This document shows positions 50,666 through 63,800 of a DNA stretch of 64,000 nt, in pieces. The first letter of the stretch is position 1; every line of letters starts with the position of its first letter. The translations under genes and the position numbers were made by a program. This DNA is from Blasia pusilla (lineage: Eukaryota): the NCBI GenBank assembly GCA_050084515.1, contig CM114271.1, positions 13,640,001-13,704,000 of the forward strand, written 5' to 3'. The notes beneath the pieces are model-generated. The model did no database searches. It worked only from the letters and a program-made list of their open reading frames with translations, and was not told the DNA's origin.

Positions 50666-51204
50666 TCACTTGGCAAAAGACGACACGCTGCGGATGTAAT
50701 CATTAATCACTCGTAAATCACTGTTATCCAATTCATATATCCTGGATATAAGACTTGGCTTCATGGACATGCCACCTCCAATCCAATGAAAATGGTGACC
50801 ACAAGCACCATCACAAAATATAACATCACCACCCTCATCACAAGAAACGCAGCATGGGGGATCCATCCCGTGATGCTCAGCATATGAGTACTGATCTAAT
50901 AGGGGAACATTCGCCATTGTGTATGTGTGTACGAAATTCTTACCCACGGCAGAGAACAGTCACCAACGATGACTCTCTATGATGCATGAAAAGGTCCAGC
51001 AATCCACTAGTTGTCAAATCCAATGGCCTCCAATAGGGCAGTCACTTCCCTATGGTCTCCTTCAATACACCCTGCACAAATAGAATGCCAGCATGTGCAA
51101 TCAGATTTATACTGACAAGTTTTGGAAACACCAAAACTTTTGAACACATTCACTAGCCTATATGCACAAACCCGGTTTAGTAACACACCATAATTGTTCA
51201 CCAC
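50666..51204 (-). pseudogene. Disrupted Cys-rich ORF with partial PHD-like finger inside the DNA transposon
   Basis: CVSCDEGGDVIFCDGACGHHFH matches the N-terminal half of a PHD finger; upstream CTCWHSICAGC. Confidence 0.55.
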
Positions 51205-52069
51205 ATTCAGAGCCTACTTGATCACATAAGGCAATACTTAATGATTACACTCTCTCCTGAAACTAAGGCTGGAAGCTCGGTTGCTGTTGGTGGGAGGGTT
51301 GAACTGAGGAGTTGAAGCTAGACAACGTTGTTTTGAAAAAAATTCATAGAAGAATGGTCTGGGGACAAGACCAACATGCCCAAGACGCTTGAACTGTCAT
51401 AGATACCATTACCAAAGTAGTGGAAAAATGATCGCAACATAGCAGCACGGAGGTGCTGATCCCTCTCTATTCACTGTATAGATGGGAGGGTGACAGGCTT
51501 CCTGGTTGACACTTGGAAGCTCCAGGGTCCATGGTTGTAGGCTACGACAGACACTACTTACTAAGTACATTCTCTTGGTCTCTTGCAAAAATTCTGACCA
51601 CACAAAGCAAAAACATATGTTGATATTGCTAAGTTGGATACAACAGAATTGTTTATGTAATTCAGTAGCCTAAATTCAATGGCCAAAGAACATATGCTCA
51701 TCTACACTAGAACTGTTAAAAAAATCACAACACACTGAGAAAATGTATATGTTGATATTGGTAAGCCTGGTAACATGAGAATTTTTCAACACTTTCAGTA
51801 GCCTAGATTAATTGCCCAAAGCTCCTATACTCATTACTAATGTTTACTAGAGATCCAAATCAGATAAAGTAGATGGAACCAAGTTCATTAAAGCCTCTCT
51901 CTATCTACACTCTTCCTAGCCTCTTCTACACAAAATTCACAAGAGACAGAGCTGGAACAGATGCTACTACTATTAAGTTGGTAAGACCAGAAGTGTTCTC
52001 CACATTCACTAGCTTCCATTGGTGGCCCAAAACTATTGAAATGATAACTAATGCAAGGCTATGACAAAC

Positions 52070-53600
52070 CGTGTCTCTAATGAGTAGAGACTTTCTTTCT
52101 TTGGGTCTCTTACACAAAATTCAAAATACACAGACTAGAGGGAAGTTTCAATCTACATCTACTGAGATTCCTCAGAGGAATCCCAAAGAGCCTTACTATT
52201 ACATTTGTAACCAGAAATATCATATCTCAAGCAAATGTCCTGATAGAAAAATTCTCAAGATATTTCTTGAGTATTGCAAAACTCAATAAAAAGATACCCC
52301 ATTTTTGTTAGTCAATACTTCACCCATCACTCAAGCATTAACATGCTCCATATCTGAGGAACTACAACCAGATGAACCACTCTATCTGTTCATGATACAA
52401 AAATCCTGTACAGCTACTTTCCCAGATCTTTCCAAACTTTGAATCCTTGATTATGGTTCAAATTCTCATGTTTGTTGTCAAAGAGAATTGTTCTCTGATT
52501 TCCTTCCTAACTCTCTCATGCTCATTTCAAGTAAAGAAAATGGCAAAATGTATGCTACAATTACTGGTTATAGTTTAGGCAGAGGTTTTACCAAGCAAGG
52601 CATGTATCTACTTGAATGTCAATCTTCTACTCCTCCAACAATTTTGCTAACCAGAAGTTCATCTAATCTCTAGCACAATTCTATGGGACACCTCAACAAT
52701 TTGCATTTACTGCAACTACATCAACAAAAGATGGTTTGGTCAAAGTGACGATGATTGCGTCTGGTATGCTTGAGTATATCTGCCTAACCCAATTACTACT
52801 TTGTATTCCCCTGTGTGTTTAAAGTATTTTCAATTAAATAGGTTCAAGATGTATCTCTCATTACTTCTGATTAACAAATCTCTTGTTCTCACTACCATAC
52901 ATGTACGGGTTTCAATGTAAACACTCACTGAAGGGCTTGACTGGAGAGAACTCTGAAGAATTGCAATGATTCATAATACAGTGCATCCTACGTGTTATCA
53001 GATTGGATCCCCAAGTGTAACATCACCTTCATGTACGTTTGAAAGTTCTCTAAGTTTAGGCATATCTTCCATAGTTTGATTACAAGAAGTGCTTCTACAG
53101 TTGGATAAGTAAAAATCAATGCTACATCCTTCACAAGAACACATATGTCTCTTCTACATTCCAGAAGTTCAAAATCATGGTTGAAAGAGAAACTCGTCTC
53201 CACTGTGCTATTCTCAGAACATATGGAGTTGGTGAATACACAACCTTTTCTTATACCAGAAGTTCTTCAAAGTTTTGGTATTCTTCATCAACGCACAGGA
53301 AGAGATTCTTCTATGCAGAATGGAACTGCAGAAAGACTCAACCGCACACTGAACCATAAGGCAAGATGTATTTGCTCTCATTCCAGCTAAGAGAAGAAGA
53401 AAGTTGGATTCTACGGATGAAGAATGTATATTCCTTGGTTATCAAATTCGTACTAGATGTTATAAACTTTTCAATTCCAATACAAAACGTGTTTTTCTCA
53501 GCAAAAATGTTGTCTTCAATGAAGACACTCCTTTCTCCTTCTCTGATGTTTTTCATTCTACATATTATCCATTTTTTGATTCTTTTCCAATAGAAGACTC
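52070..53600 (+). pseudogene. Ty1/copia gag-pol remnant nested in the DNA transposon
   Basis: Knuckle-like YICNQKYHISSKCP, protease-like ILDYGSNSHVC, integrase QNGTAERLNR and ECIFLGY..., in copia order. Confidence 0.75.
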
Positions 53601-54434
53601 TACACCAATAACTATCCTGCTTTTCTTATGGTTCAAGGGGACTGCCCCTGTCCCGAACTTGAACTTGAGCCGGGTTCCCAAGCAAGGGGACTGTTGAAAA
53701 GTCTTCCACTACTTGGTCTCCTGTACAAAATTCAAAGCACACTGAGGAAGAGCAGATGCGGACACAAGTAGTTCAGCTCGTCACTTGCCAGTTACAGCAA
53801 CACATTTACAAAGTTAAAAACTTATCCCACTACTTGGTCTCCTCCACAAAATACACAACACAAATCAAGAAAGGATTCTGATATTGCTAAGCTACTCACT
53901 TGCCATAATTGTTCCACACATTTAGTCCTCTTCATCCATTGCCCAGATCTGTTGCACTCCTAAATAATGTCTATTGGAGATCCCAATAAGCTACAAAGTC
54001 TCTATCTCTGGCTGAAAACTCCTCCCACTACTTGGTCTCATGTACAAAATTCACAACACACAAAGGAAGAGTAGATGCGGACACAATAAGTTCAGTTGGT
54101 CACTTGCCACAATAGTTCAACCCATTCAGTCATCTTGATTCATTGCCTCAATATGTTGCACTGGTAAGTAATGTTTATTGGAGATACCAGTCAGTTGAAG
54201 TAGATGGTATGATGAAGAGTTATAGCAAATCAACATCACCCACCCAACCAGTACCCTGCTCTGATCTTGAAACAGAGACATAGTGAAGCTTCTCTAGTAG
54301 AACATGTCTACTCCTTGACTGTTAACGAATATGCAAGTGAAGTTCATCACTTGGCCTTTTCATTGTTCTCACAGAACAATGAAAAGAACTATGTTTATAC
54401 ACACACAATATAAACACACAAAAGTGTGTTTGTA

Positions 54435-54515
54435 CACACACTCAGTAGTGTGTGTAGAAACACACTCAGTAGTATGTGTAGAAATACACTCAGTAGTGTG
54501 TGTAGAAACACACTC
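54435..54515. repeat. 24-bp minisatellite, ~3.5 units
   Basis: cacactcagtagtgtgtgtagaaa repeated head to tail. Confidence 0.9.
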
Positions 54516-54600
54516 CGCATGAGACAGTCTAATACATGCTGAAGATGGACTATCATGTGCATCTGAGTTTGAAGAAGCCCCGCCCACTTCATTTGAACCA

Positions 54601-54603
<3 letters not shown>

Positions 54604-54669
<66 letters not shown>
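54604..54669. repeat. (TC)n microsatellite
   Basis: Perfect TC run. Confidence 0.97.
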
Positions 54670-54673
<4 letters not shown>

Positions 54674-56859
54674 GACGCTAAAAAACAGCAAGCTCTCACG
54701 AGAGATGTGAGAACTGCCACAGACAAGAATGAGGATTTATTTTAGGGATCGGACGATAAAGGCTATGTTGAGGAGTCGGAGAGCCTCGAGGATGAATCAC
54801 TACACTGCAAAGCAGTCTCTCTTGTTTTCCAAAAACTCCAAAAAATTGTAGTTTACGTGCATCCTATGCAGGTCAATTCTTTTTTGAGACTACTCATCAC
54901 CTCATCTGCAGATACAAATGTCGAAGCAGCTCGAGTTCTCCGTACAAATTGCCTCAACAATTCATCTTGCATTCTTTGACAATGTGCTCATTCATGTCCG
55001 TAACTCTATGCCGTTGTTCTAAGGTCCAGCATGGAGGAAAGATCGCTTCTAAAATGCAAACCGCATCTGCAGAAAGAACGGAGTCCCTAAATGACAACCT
55101 TGTCTTGGTCATTGATATTGTAGACGAAGGTGATATTTCACAGGTTTATATCCATGGCATCTACACTGAGTGTGAAGGAGATGGAGCACTACCTACCATC
55201 TATGTTGACACCTCTTTTTAAAATAACGGAGGGATCTACCTCAAAAGTGGTTCTTGGTAAGGTCCTCTGCTCTCTTATTTCCCAAGCTTTAGTGAAGGTG
55301 TGCAGCAGATGTCAAGCGCGCGGAGTGTGAGTCTCATATTGGTGTTGCAGCGGTTGAATTAACCATGAGTGGGCCCAATTCTCGCAGAGGATCTGAAGAG
55401 TGTGGGAGACAAAGCTTTGAATCGCTTGAGAGAAGCGGTAGGAGCGGTGAAGTTTGTCAACACGTACAACTCCGTAAGAGAGAGGTTGAAAGAGAAGAGA
55501 GACAAGCTAAATCTGCACAGAAAATAAGTGTCCTGGTAGATTCCGAGTGCAACGCCAAGAGGAAGATCAAATTGGCGGTGAAATGACAAGCTCAAAAGAA
55601 ACGGAAAATCATTCAAGGGAAGAGGCTGATGGGACTGTAATTTCGACCTGGTAGGGAGCGGATGAAATTGAGAGGGCGGGGCTGATCCTGTTGATGCAAA
55701 GGTAGCAAGCGCGGATTGCTGCAAACTCTCTCTAAGCTCAAAGACAGCAAGCAAGCTCACTCAAAGTCGATCCTAATAGTAGTAAGCAAGATCCTGCGCT
55801 CTCAAGTTGAACCTCTCTCTCTCTCTCTCTCACGTCTTGTTGGGCCCTCTTCAAACCAAAAGTGTGCAGCAGATCAAAGTTTATCAGCTCTACGATCTTG
55901 AAAGGTGAAAGTTGAGGTCGATTCACGATTCACTCTCCATCTGAGTGTGTGAGAGAGAGGAAAACGGAAGCACTCACCGTGATCAAAGGTACATGAGCAG
56001 CAAAAACGGTAAATACAAGTAACCAGCGAAGACGGTAAAGATGAGCAGCTCTGAGCTCTTTTGTTTCACGTTTGGAGGGGGATCAGCAGTCTTTGGAAGA
56101 GATCATCTCCTGCGAGGGAGAGCAAGAGAGGGGCGGGTGAAGCTTGAAATAAGCAACGACTAGGGAGAGAGCAGCAAAGTGGGGGCGGAGGGAGACGAGG
56201 GTTTAGGCGAGGGGGATTAGTAGTTTTCGAATCAAAACGTCTTCCGACTAAGGCAAGAGCAAGAGAGGGGCGGGTGAAGCTTGTTAGCAACGGCGAGGGA
56301 GACGAGAGAGCAGCAAAGCAAGAGGGAGACAAGGATTTAGGCCACGGGGGTGGCCATTTTCGAATTGAAACCTCTTCCAATTTTCCGACCAGGCCAATCA
56401 TGTGCGATATTTCTGGGGCAAAGTGATACACTTCAATAAAAACGTTTCAGATTTCTAGGGCAAGGAGTGAAGTCTTCGTGATCAGTCTCATTTTGAAAGT
56501 TTCAGGTCGATCATAGTGTCGTGCTGGCTCTCTCTATCCCTATGGTGAGTGACTTCGTAGGATTTCGTGAAAAGAGTTGAGGTGGGAAATATGGGTTTAG
56601 GGTTTAGGGAGACGAGGGTTTAGGCAAGGAGGGGCGTGTTGTGAAAATGATTAAAAATAAAACATACCACTCTCCAAAAAAGGTAAGTGCCCAAAGTCAC
56701 ATACCTTGCCAATTCAAATTCAACCTAAGTTACGACGAGGATCGTCCTATTTTTTCGAACTGAAAAATTAATGCTAGCCTAAAAAAAACTTTTCCAAAAG
56801 AAGCAATCCAAGCATACGAACATAGAGACTTCAAATCATGAACCCTAAAAATCATCTCC

Positions 56860-57905
56860 CTTTTTTCTTTGACTATGGAAGCGATAATGGCAGATCTAAA
56901 CCATTGAAGTTTGCAACCCATTTAATTCAAAAACATCTTCCAAGTTTCAACACCATCCAATGGTTGGAACAAAATATACCTCATGAAAATGAAACAAACC
57001 CTTGAAACATTCTTACTCGGAGCCATCCTCTTACGTCTTGATCCCTCGTTTTCTTCCCTCCCCCTCAACCAGGGTTCCAAATATCATGAAAATTTTCCCG
57101 AAGAGGCACTCCAAGCCCAGAAACACAAGGAAAAAATCAAAACTTCAAACGACCATCCGCACATGAAAATAAAAATCTTAAACCCTAAAAATGGTTTCTT
57201 AATTTTTATTTGAGTATAGAAGCCAATAGAGCAGATCTGAACCGTTGAAGTTTGCAAGAGATTTAATTCAAAGGCATGTGCCACGTTTCAACACCATCCA
57301 ATGGTTAGGACAAAAGATATCTCAATGTGAATATGAAAATGAAACAAACACTTGAAACATTCCTACTCGAAGCCATCCTCTTCTATCTTGACACCTTGTT
57401 TTCTTTCCTCCCCTCAACCAAGGTTCCAAAAATCATGAAAATTTTCCCAAAAAGGAAATCCAAGCCCAAGAACACAAGGGAAAATCAAAACTTAAAATGA
57501 CCAACCACACATGAAAATAAAAATCATAAACCCTAAAAATGGTCTCTTAAGTTTTATTTGAGTATAGAAGCCAAGAGAGCATATCTGAATCGTTAAAGTT
57601 TGCAAGAGATTGAATTTAAAAGCATATGGAAAGTTTCGACACCATCAAATGGTTGGAACAAAAGATACTTCAATGTGAATATAAAAATTAAACAAACACT
57701 TGAAACATTCCTACTCTAAGCCATCCTCTTTCGTCTTGACCCCTCGTTTTCTTCCTTCCTCCTCAACCAGGGTTCCAAAAATCATAATTTTTTCCCTTAA
57801 AGGCACTCTAAGCCCAGGAACACAAGAGAAAAATCAAAACTTCAAATGACCACCCACACATGAAAATAAAAATCGTAAATCCTAAATTTGGTCTCCTATT
57901 TTTTT
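56860..57905. repeat. ~345-bp tandem array, 3 units, subterminal in the DNA transposon
   Basis: caccatc(c/a)aatggtt recurs at 56951, 57292 and 57640. Confidence 0.9.
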
Positions 57906-59727
57906 ATGTGCCCCTTACTTCGTTGAACATCTTCCATGTACAAACGAATAATTAATAATGCCCTATTATTATTATAAGTTTTTCCCTATATTAAAAATAC
58001 CCTTAAGTTCTTCCACAAAACTTTATAAGTCTTCCCTGAAATCAAATTAAAAAACCTTATACTTTGTCGTACGTGATGGGTCTCTTCCATGGAAGTGAGA
58101 CCCCCTAGAGAGATGAGAGGTAATCTACTTATGTCAAAATGTGATTGGCTAAGCCTTGAGAAGAAGCCATATGGCATAAGATAAGATTAGGCATATCTCG
58201 TACTCTTGTGGATCCCTTGTGAATATATAAAGAGGAGGGATCTTCAAGGGTTCATGACCTTTTACTTCACATCTTGAGTTTCTTGTTTCACTCTTGATTG
58301 CTTGCTCTTCCAATGAGAGTGGATTATCCCTCTTGGGAGAGTAACTTGACCATGGTCTATTCTTTGAGAGGATTCTAGAGTATGGTATGCGTGGAGATGA
58401 GAGACTTGTCTCCTTATGAGAGTTTAGTAATACTAGAAATAGTGGATGGTTTGGTTTGTTATTTTTTCAATGAGAGTGGATTATCCCTCTTGGAAGAGCA
58501 ACTCTGCCAAAACCCATTCTAGAGGAGAGTAGAGGATGTCCGTCAAGTATGGATAGGGATGGAGCACAAATTGTGCCCGATTTTCTTTTCTTTCACCCGT
58601 ACCACGTGAAGATTCTCTTTGTAGATAGGCACCTGTTCACTCGCTCTCTAGTTTATCACTTTGGGGAGGCGTTCATGAACCAAGTCATGCAACCTCCAAC
58701 TCCGGTGATTCTTCCTATAATCACGTACGGAAGGAGATGGGATTATACTTTGTATATCCTTATATAGTAATCCATGGACGCCAATAGGCCTGCTCGAGTA
58801 GGATTTAGCACTAATTGTGCTATATAACTTACCCTTAAGAAGGTGCTTTTATAAAGACCTTGCATATCCACTCAAAACTTTTAGAACTTCAACTCTATCC
58901 ATGAAAGTTTTTTGTTCCTCCAACGTAAGAACATAGTCTACCCGAGGTTTCAACTTTATCCCTATCTTCGATGGATGGGGTTGTAGCCATAGATGGGTCT
59001 TTATGCCCCTAATTTGTAAGTCTTTCCCAACACTCACGGAATCCTTGTTTTTTAGAGCAAATAGAGTCTTCAGTAGATTGTCTGCTATATTTTTTTCACA
59101 ATGCATAAGATCTAGTGTGTGTCGAATAAGAAGATTCTGAAAAATTCCCTCAACAAGCAACCAATATGAGAGATATCTAGAAACTAAGGGGAATTCTACA
59201 AGGATTTGATAATCTTTTTAGAAGCTCAAATCCTAACCAAGGGATCTTCTCAAATTAGCAATGAATACCTTCCAATAAGGTAAGTTGTATAGGATGCTTC
59301 TCCTAACCTCGGGGGGGTCACTATATGGAGGGCTCTACATCACCTACGACGTTTTAGGGTCTAGACCCCCTAACTTATAAGTGAAAAAATATTTTTTTCT
59401 CACCCTTATGTATTTTAAAGGAATCATTTTTCATTTTTTGTACCCCTAAAATTCTTTAAACAAAGCAATCACTTGAAATAAATAAGACCTTGAAAGAAAA
59501 GAAAAGCACCAAGTTAAGTTAACATCCAATATGTTATCCTTACACTATGACAGAGGGGAATTGAACCCCTAATTGAGCAAGAGGCTCAATCAGCAAATCT
59601 GTCATCCCCCTAGCCTACTCCCTCCCATTATCCTACTCACAATTCAAGAGTGTCAAGTACACTCTAAGCACACTCCATAAAAATATTTAATTTAACATAT
59701 CTCAAACATAAAAAAAACTCACCAAGA

Positions 59728-60450
59728 TCAACTCACACTTTGAATATATGTAGTCAAAGCATGTAAGTCAACTGAATCAAGTATGTATATTCTATCTTGT
59801 ACCCCTAATTTCATTTTCAAATTCACATTAGAGATCACCATTTCAATATCAATCCATTGCACATCTATTGCATCATAATTGAACAAGGTTTTGGTGTTAC
59901 CATGGCCGAAAGACTTGTACCAATTACACATAATACGGCAAATGCTTCCCTTTTGTCCAAGAGGAGATACAGGCATGTTTAACAAGTCCAAGGCCGTACG
60001 ACGTCTTGACCAATATGAACCATTCTTTTCAATCATAAACACAATACGCCCCAACCAATACTCTTTTTTTGCAACTCCGGCCTCCACTGCAAGTTGTGTC
60101 TCTTTTCCCTTCCTTTTCTTCAACTTTGTTGATCTTGTGGAAGGGCCAACATTTGCTGTAGATTCAAACAAAACTGCAATATCACTCCCAACATCAACCA
60201 AACAAGTTGGGCAATTAGGATCACGTTCCTTTCCCTTACCAGTAGTGTAATAAGTCTTTTGGGCTATTCGAGTTAGTCTATCCTTTGACATGAAAGGATT
60301 GCAAGACAATTGACTTACAAGGGTGGATTTATAGATAATCTTGCCCTCATAAGTTACAGTAGGCACTATTGCATGGGGAATTGCCACATTAGTCAGTTCT
60401 GCTTGAACAGATGCAAACACATGCCTTACTTCATGTCCTAATACCTCCAT
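59728..60450 (-). CDS. 240-aa open frame of unknown function, probably the C-terminal part of the transposon's own protein
   Basis: Uninterrupted ORF inside the TIR element; motif IYKSTLVSQL...SKDRLTR; NLS-like KLKKRK; homologous fragment at 44881-45110. Confidence 0.5.
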   Translation of the reverse strand: MEVLGHEVRHVFASVQAELTNVAIPHAIVPTVTYEGKIIYKSTLVSQLSCNPFMSKDRLTRIAQKTYYTTGKGKERDPNCPTCLVDVGSDIAVLFESTANVGPSTRSTKLKKRKGKETQLAVEAGVAKKEYWLGRIVFMIEKNGSYWSRRRTALDLLNMPVSPLGQKGSICRIMCNWYKSFGHGNTKTLFNYDAIDVQWIDIEMVISNVNLKMKLGVQDRIYILDSVDLHALTTYIQSVS

Positions 60451-60698
60451 TTCAATGGATTTCGGATCAATGTCAATATCAATTTTGACTCCAAATTGTC
60501 ACCGGCTTGAACAAACTCATCAAGTATGAATGCGGCAGTGGCATAAAATCGGATAAACTGAAACCTATGGACACCGTCCATTAGATTGGCATAGAGATGA
60601 TGAAAAATCATTCGACAAGGAAAGCGGGCCAGATCAACCCAGTAGGGACTTATCCAGAACAGATAACCTCAATCCTGCTTGAAGAAATCAGGCATATG

Positions 60699-60818
60699 CA
60701 ACTGAGGAGCTCGGAAGATGGTCTATCCAATGAAGAAGTTGAGCGTCGTCTTGAGATATTTTGACGCAACAAATTGGAAGAGAAGAAGGAGAAAAAAGTC
60801 CTGAAGTTTCTTGGATTC
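60699..60818 (+). pseudogene. Captured fragment of a plasma-membrane H+-ATPase (P3A, AHA-type) N-terminal region
   Basis: Translates [39 protein letters not shown], matching the plant AHA motif QLKC..EGLS..E...RL.[20 protein letters not shown]. Confidence 0.85.
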
Positions 60819-63800
60819 ACCACCCTCCGGCCGACCCAAAAAAAAATCCACTCACCTTCCAATCGACGCCCTCTCGCCTTACGAACAACCTTACAAAATG
60901 AGGCTCCCCTTCTTCCCTTCTCTCCTTACAAAATCAAGCATCTCTGATCTAGAGCCATAACGCTTACCATCTTCTGCCCTCAACTACGCTGTGCAATCAG
61001 ATACGAAGGAAAGGAAAGCGCTCAAGAGAATAGAGGCACGATAAGAAAGCAAGAAAAAAAGGAGCATACCAACTGCCGGGCCACTCCTGATCACTTTCTC
61101 CTACTACGCAACTCGAGTCTCGAGTCTCTTCCGATCACGCTCTCCTGCTGCACCACCACTCCCGAGCAACAGAACCCAAACTCTGCTCGGAAGGGATTCA
61201 AGTGGCGGCTCAATTTGCCGCTCAAAGCTTGTCTCCGAAGGCCAAAACCCTAGACCCAACAAACCCAACTCAAATTGAGAGGGAAACTTGAAAGTAAGGA
61301 CTCCCTTCTTCCCTCTAAAGCTTTTCCATAAAATTGATTTTTTTAGCTAGGGAAGCTAATTTTTGTAAAAAATAATTTAATATATGTAGATGTAACATGT
61401 ATAAACCCTATCTTATCTTAACATTTTCCATGGAAGGAAGACTAATAAAAATACCCTATTGTTCTTATAAGAATTTGATGGAATAAATTATCCCCTATTG
61501 TTCTTCCAAAAACTTAATAAGTCTTCCGAGGGACGAAATTAAAAAACCCCTAACTTTTTCGCACGTGATGGGGCGTTTGTGTGGAAGTGAGACCCCCGAG
61601 CTCCTAACCACTCCATATTGCTTCTACGGATCAATTGGTGGTTGCTCTCCTCTCCTCCTTCTAGCCTTTGGTAGCATGTCGTATGTCCTCTTGGCCTCTG
61701 CCCATCTCAATATATCCGCACTTGAGACCCGACTCGGTGCTTCTCTATTTTCAGCCCTCCAATTGAAGTGATGAGTAATATTGGTTTGACGATAAGGATG
61801 ATCCCTATGTGAGTATCGTCTATGACCTTGGAAAGTAGGCTTGTGTAACACCTTTGAATAGTATGAATCTACCTGAGGTCCACAAACTTCACAAGCCATT
61901 TTCCCCTTGGTTACTTGACCCGATACTATACCAAGTCCATGATAATCGTTTATTTGTCCATAGCAACATAGCCCGCAACTTGAACATCTTAGATTGACTT
62001 GGTGAACTATTGTCATAAATATAAATGCCACTCCACAAAATATGCAATTCTTCCACTAGAGGGGCAAGATATATATATACATCTAAATTTAAACCACTAA
62101 CAAATGCTTCCCTAGAATAATCAAGGCAAGTTGCACAAAGAAGTTTTTGGTGCAGAGCCGTCGTGGCAAGTTATAATTCACAAGCACCATAGGCCAGGTT
62201 GACCAAACTGAATTCTTATCACAGAAAGGATTCACCCTGTCCAAGGCCAGACCAAAACGACAATTGCGAGCCTCTTGGCTAAACTCAGGCCAAGTTTGAT
62301 CAATATGAGGCCATTGTTTTGAATCCCCTATGTGACGAACTAGACCATCAGAGCTCTTTTTTTTATGTCCAAGTCATAAGTTCAGCTATGTTTCTACAAC
62401 TATACATTCGCTTCAGTCTTGGTATAATAGGAAAATGTCGTAGAACCTTCACCAGTAGCTTGCTCTTTCCTACATCTTTGAACCTACTAGATCCGCATTG
62501 CTACAAGTCCTTATCTTCCCCCCGAAAGAGCATACATCCTTTAGGACAGACATGTATTTGTATGTACTTTAGACCAAGTTTTGTCACAAGGTTCTTTGCC
62601 ACATACTGATTCTTTGGGGCTATATTTTGCTCGGGTAGGATTTGACAGGTCAACAATCTCAAAAGCTCATCAACTGTTACGTTGGGAATACTATGCACTC
62701 CACAAATGTTTAAAAATAGCATCGTGAAAGCAATTTTACTAGACTTGCAACCAGGATACAATGGTTTACAAGAAGCTTCTAAAAGTTCCTTTTTTGCTGC
62801 CCAAGCATCTAATCCACCCTTGCCATGTTCTTGATCAACCCCAGTTTCATCCTCTTTCTCATATTCCATTGGATCCCGTTGATCAAAATTGTGAAAAGCT
62901 TCACTTATCATCCTTCCCACATCCATATCTTGGTCTACATCAAGAATTGTGGGCTCTTCTACAATTCTTGGACCTTGTGTACATTGATTGGTGGCAGATT
63001 CTAGATTCCCACTAGAGTTCAAATCCTCGGCCCTCTTCCACTCATCATCAGATGAGTCATAATCTACATGGTTTCTTCATATTCTCAAAGGAGGATGCCT
63101 TGGAATTTAATTAAATGTTTCTCTACCACAGTAAGTAGTATAAATCTAATGCCTTTGCATTTTGGCAAGGACATCGGATTTTTTTAATTCCTAGATTTTT
63201 GGCTGATTCTTTCTCCCTTCGCCAAATCTTCTTGTTATGAGTGGCAACCCGTTCTCAATCACTGACAAATCTCCTATTGCAAGGGGCGTCTACATGCGTC
63301 ATTTTGATGGTCTAAGAAACTAGAAACATAAAAAAATTGGGTGCTCCAACTATAGCTATTTTACTTAGATTCCATAGGCTTCCTTCAATTTAACCTCAAA
63401 TTTCGAAACTAAAAAGCACTTCCAAACAATTAGAATGGGGAAATCTATTGCTTTATATGTTCATCCAGTTTTAGGTAGCAAAATGATTGGGATAGATGAA
63501 GTGCATGTTAAATAGTCTTCTATATAAGTTCACCTACCATACATATTGGCAAGTGGTTACTTAGTAGGCTATTATAATGTCTAGAAAACTTCGTAGAAAA
63601 CATGAATATTTTTTAAGAAGACATGGGACTTACAGAATCTTTGACCTTGAACTTTGTGAGAAGAAGTGAAGATCTCACTGTAAATTTTGTGAAACAAGTA
63701 TGGTGGTTTTTTGGAGCTCTTCTCCACAAACTCAAGCTTGGTTGCTTCGGGCTATCAATTTTTGAGGTTCGATCTTGACAAATTTCAGGTCCTTGCGCTC

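Larger units (their letters stand above)
50160..58108. mobile_element. Unclassified TIR DNA transposon, ~7.9 kb, 8-bp TSD
   Basis: Ends CTCGAGGGGGGCACT...AGTGAGACCCCCTAG; flanks AGAGATAA (50152-50159) and AGAGATGA (58109-58116); both subterminal regions are homologous to those of 59308-61600. Confidence 0.8.
59308..61600. mobile_element. Unclassified TIR DNA transposon, 2.3 kb, perfect 8-bp TSD
   Basis: TIRs CTCGGGGGGGTCACT / AGTGAGACCCCCGAG; TSD CTCCTAAC at 59300-59307 and 61601-61608. Removing it restores the Tnp2 sequence YGVVRRSILYNLPYW. Confidence 0.92.
58849..63022 (-). pseudogene. CACTA/En-Spm Tnp2-family transposase, disrupted and split by an insertion
   Basis: PLYPGC...IHVCPKGCMLF, LRHFPIIPRLKRMY, FGLALDRVNPF, STWPMVLVNYNLP, KGKMACEVC, HRRY...HPYR, SILYNLPYW and RHTLDLMHCEKN motifs in the expected order. 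Confidence 0.88.

Noticed and set aside
54435-54515. CRISPR-like 24-bp repeats
   Set aside because: Head-to-tail units with no spacers; eukaryotic context and no cas genes.
56593-56609. TTTAGGG telomere-like repeat
   Set aside because: Only two adjacent units; too short for an interstitial telomere.
49949-58830. Possible LTR starting TGTAGG at ~49949, split by the 50160-58108 transposon (TATA-like at ~58223)
   Set aside because: No matching CA end or TSD found, so not supported as a feature.
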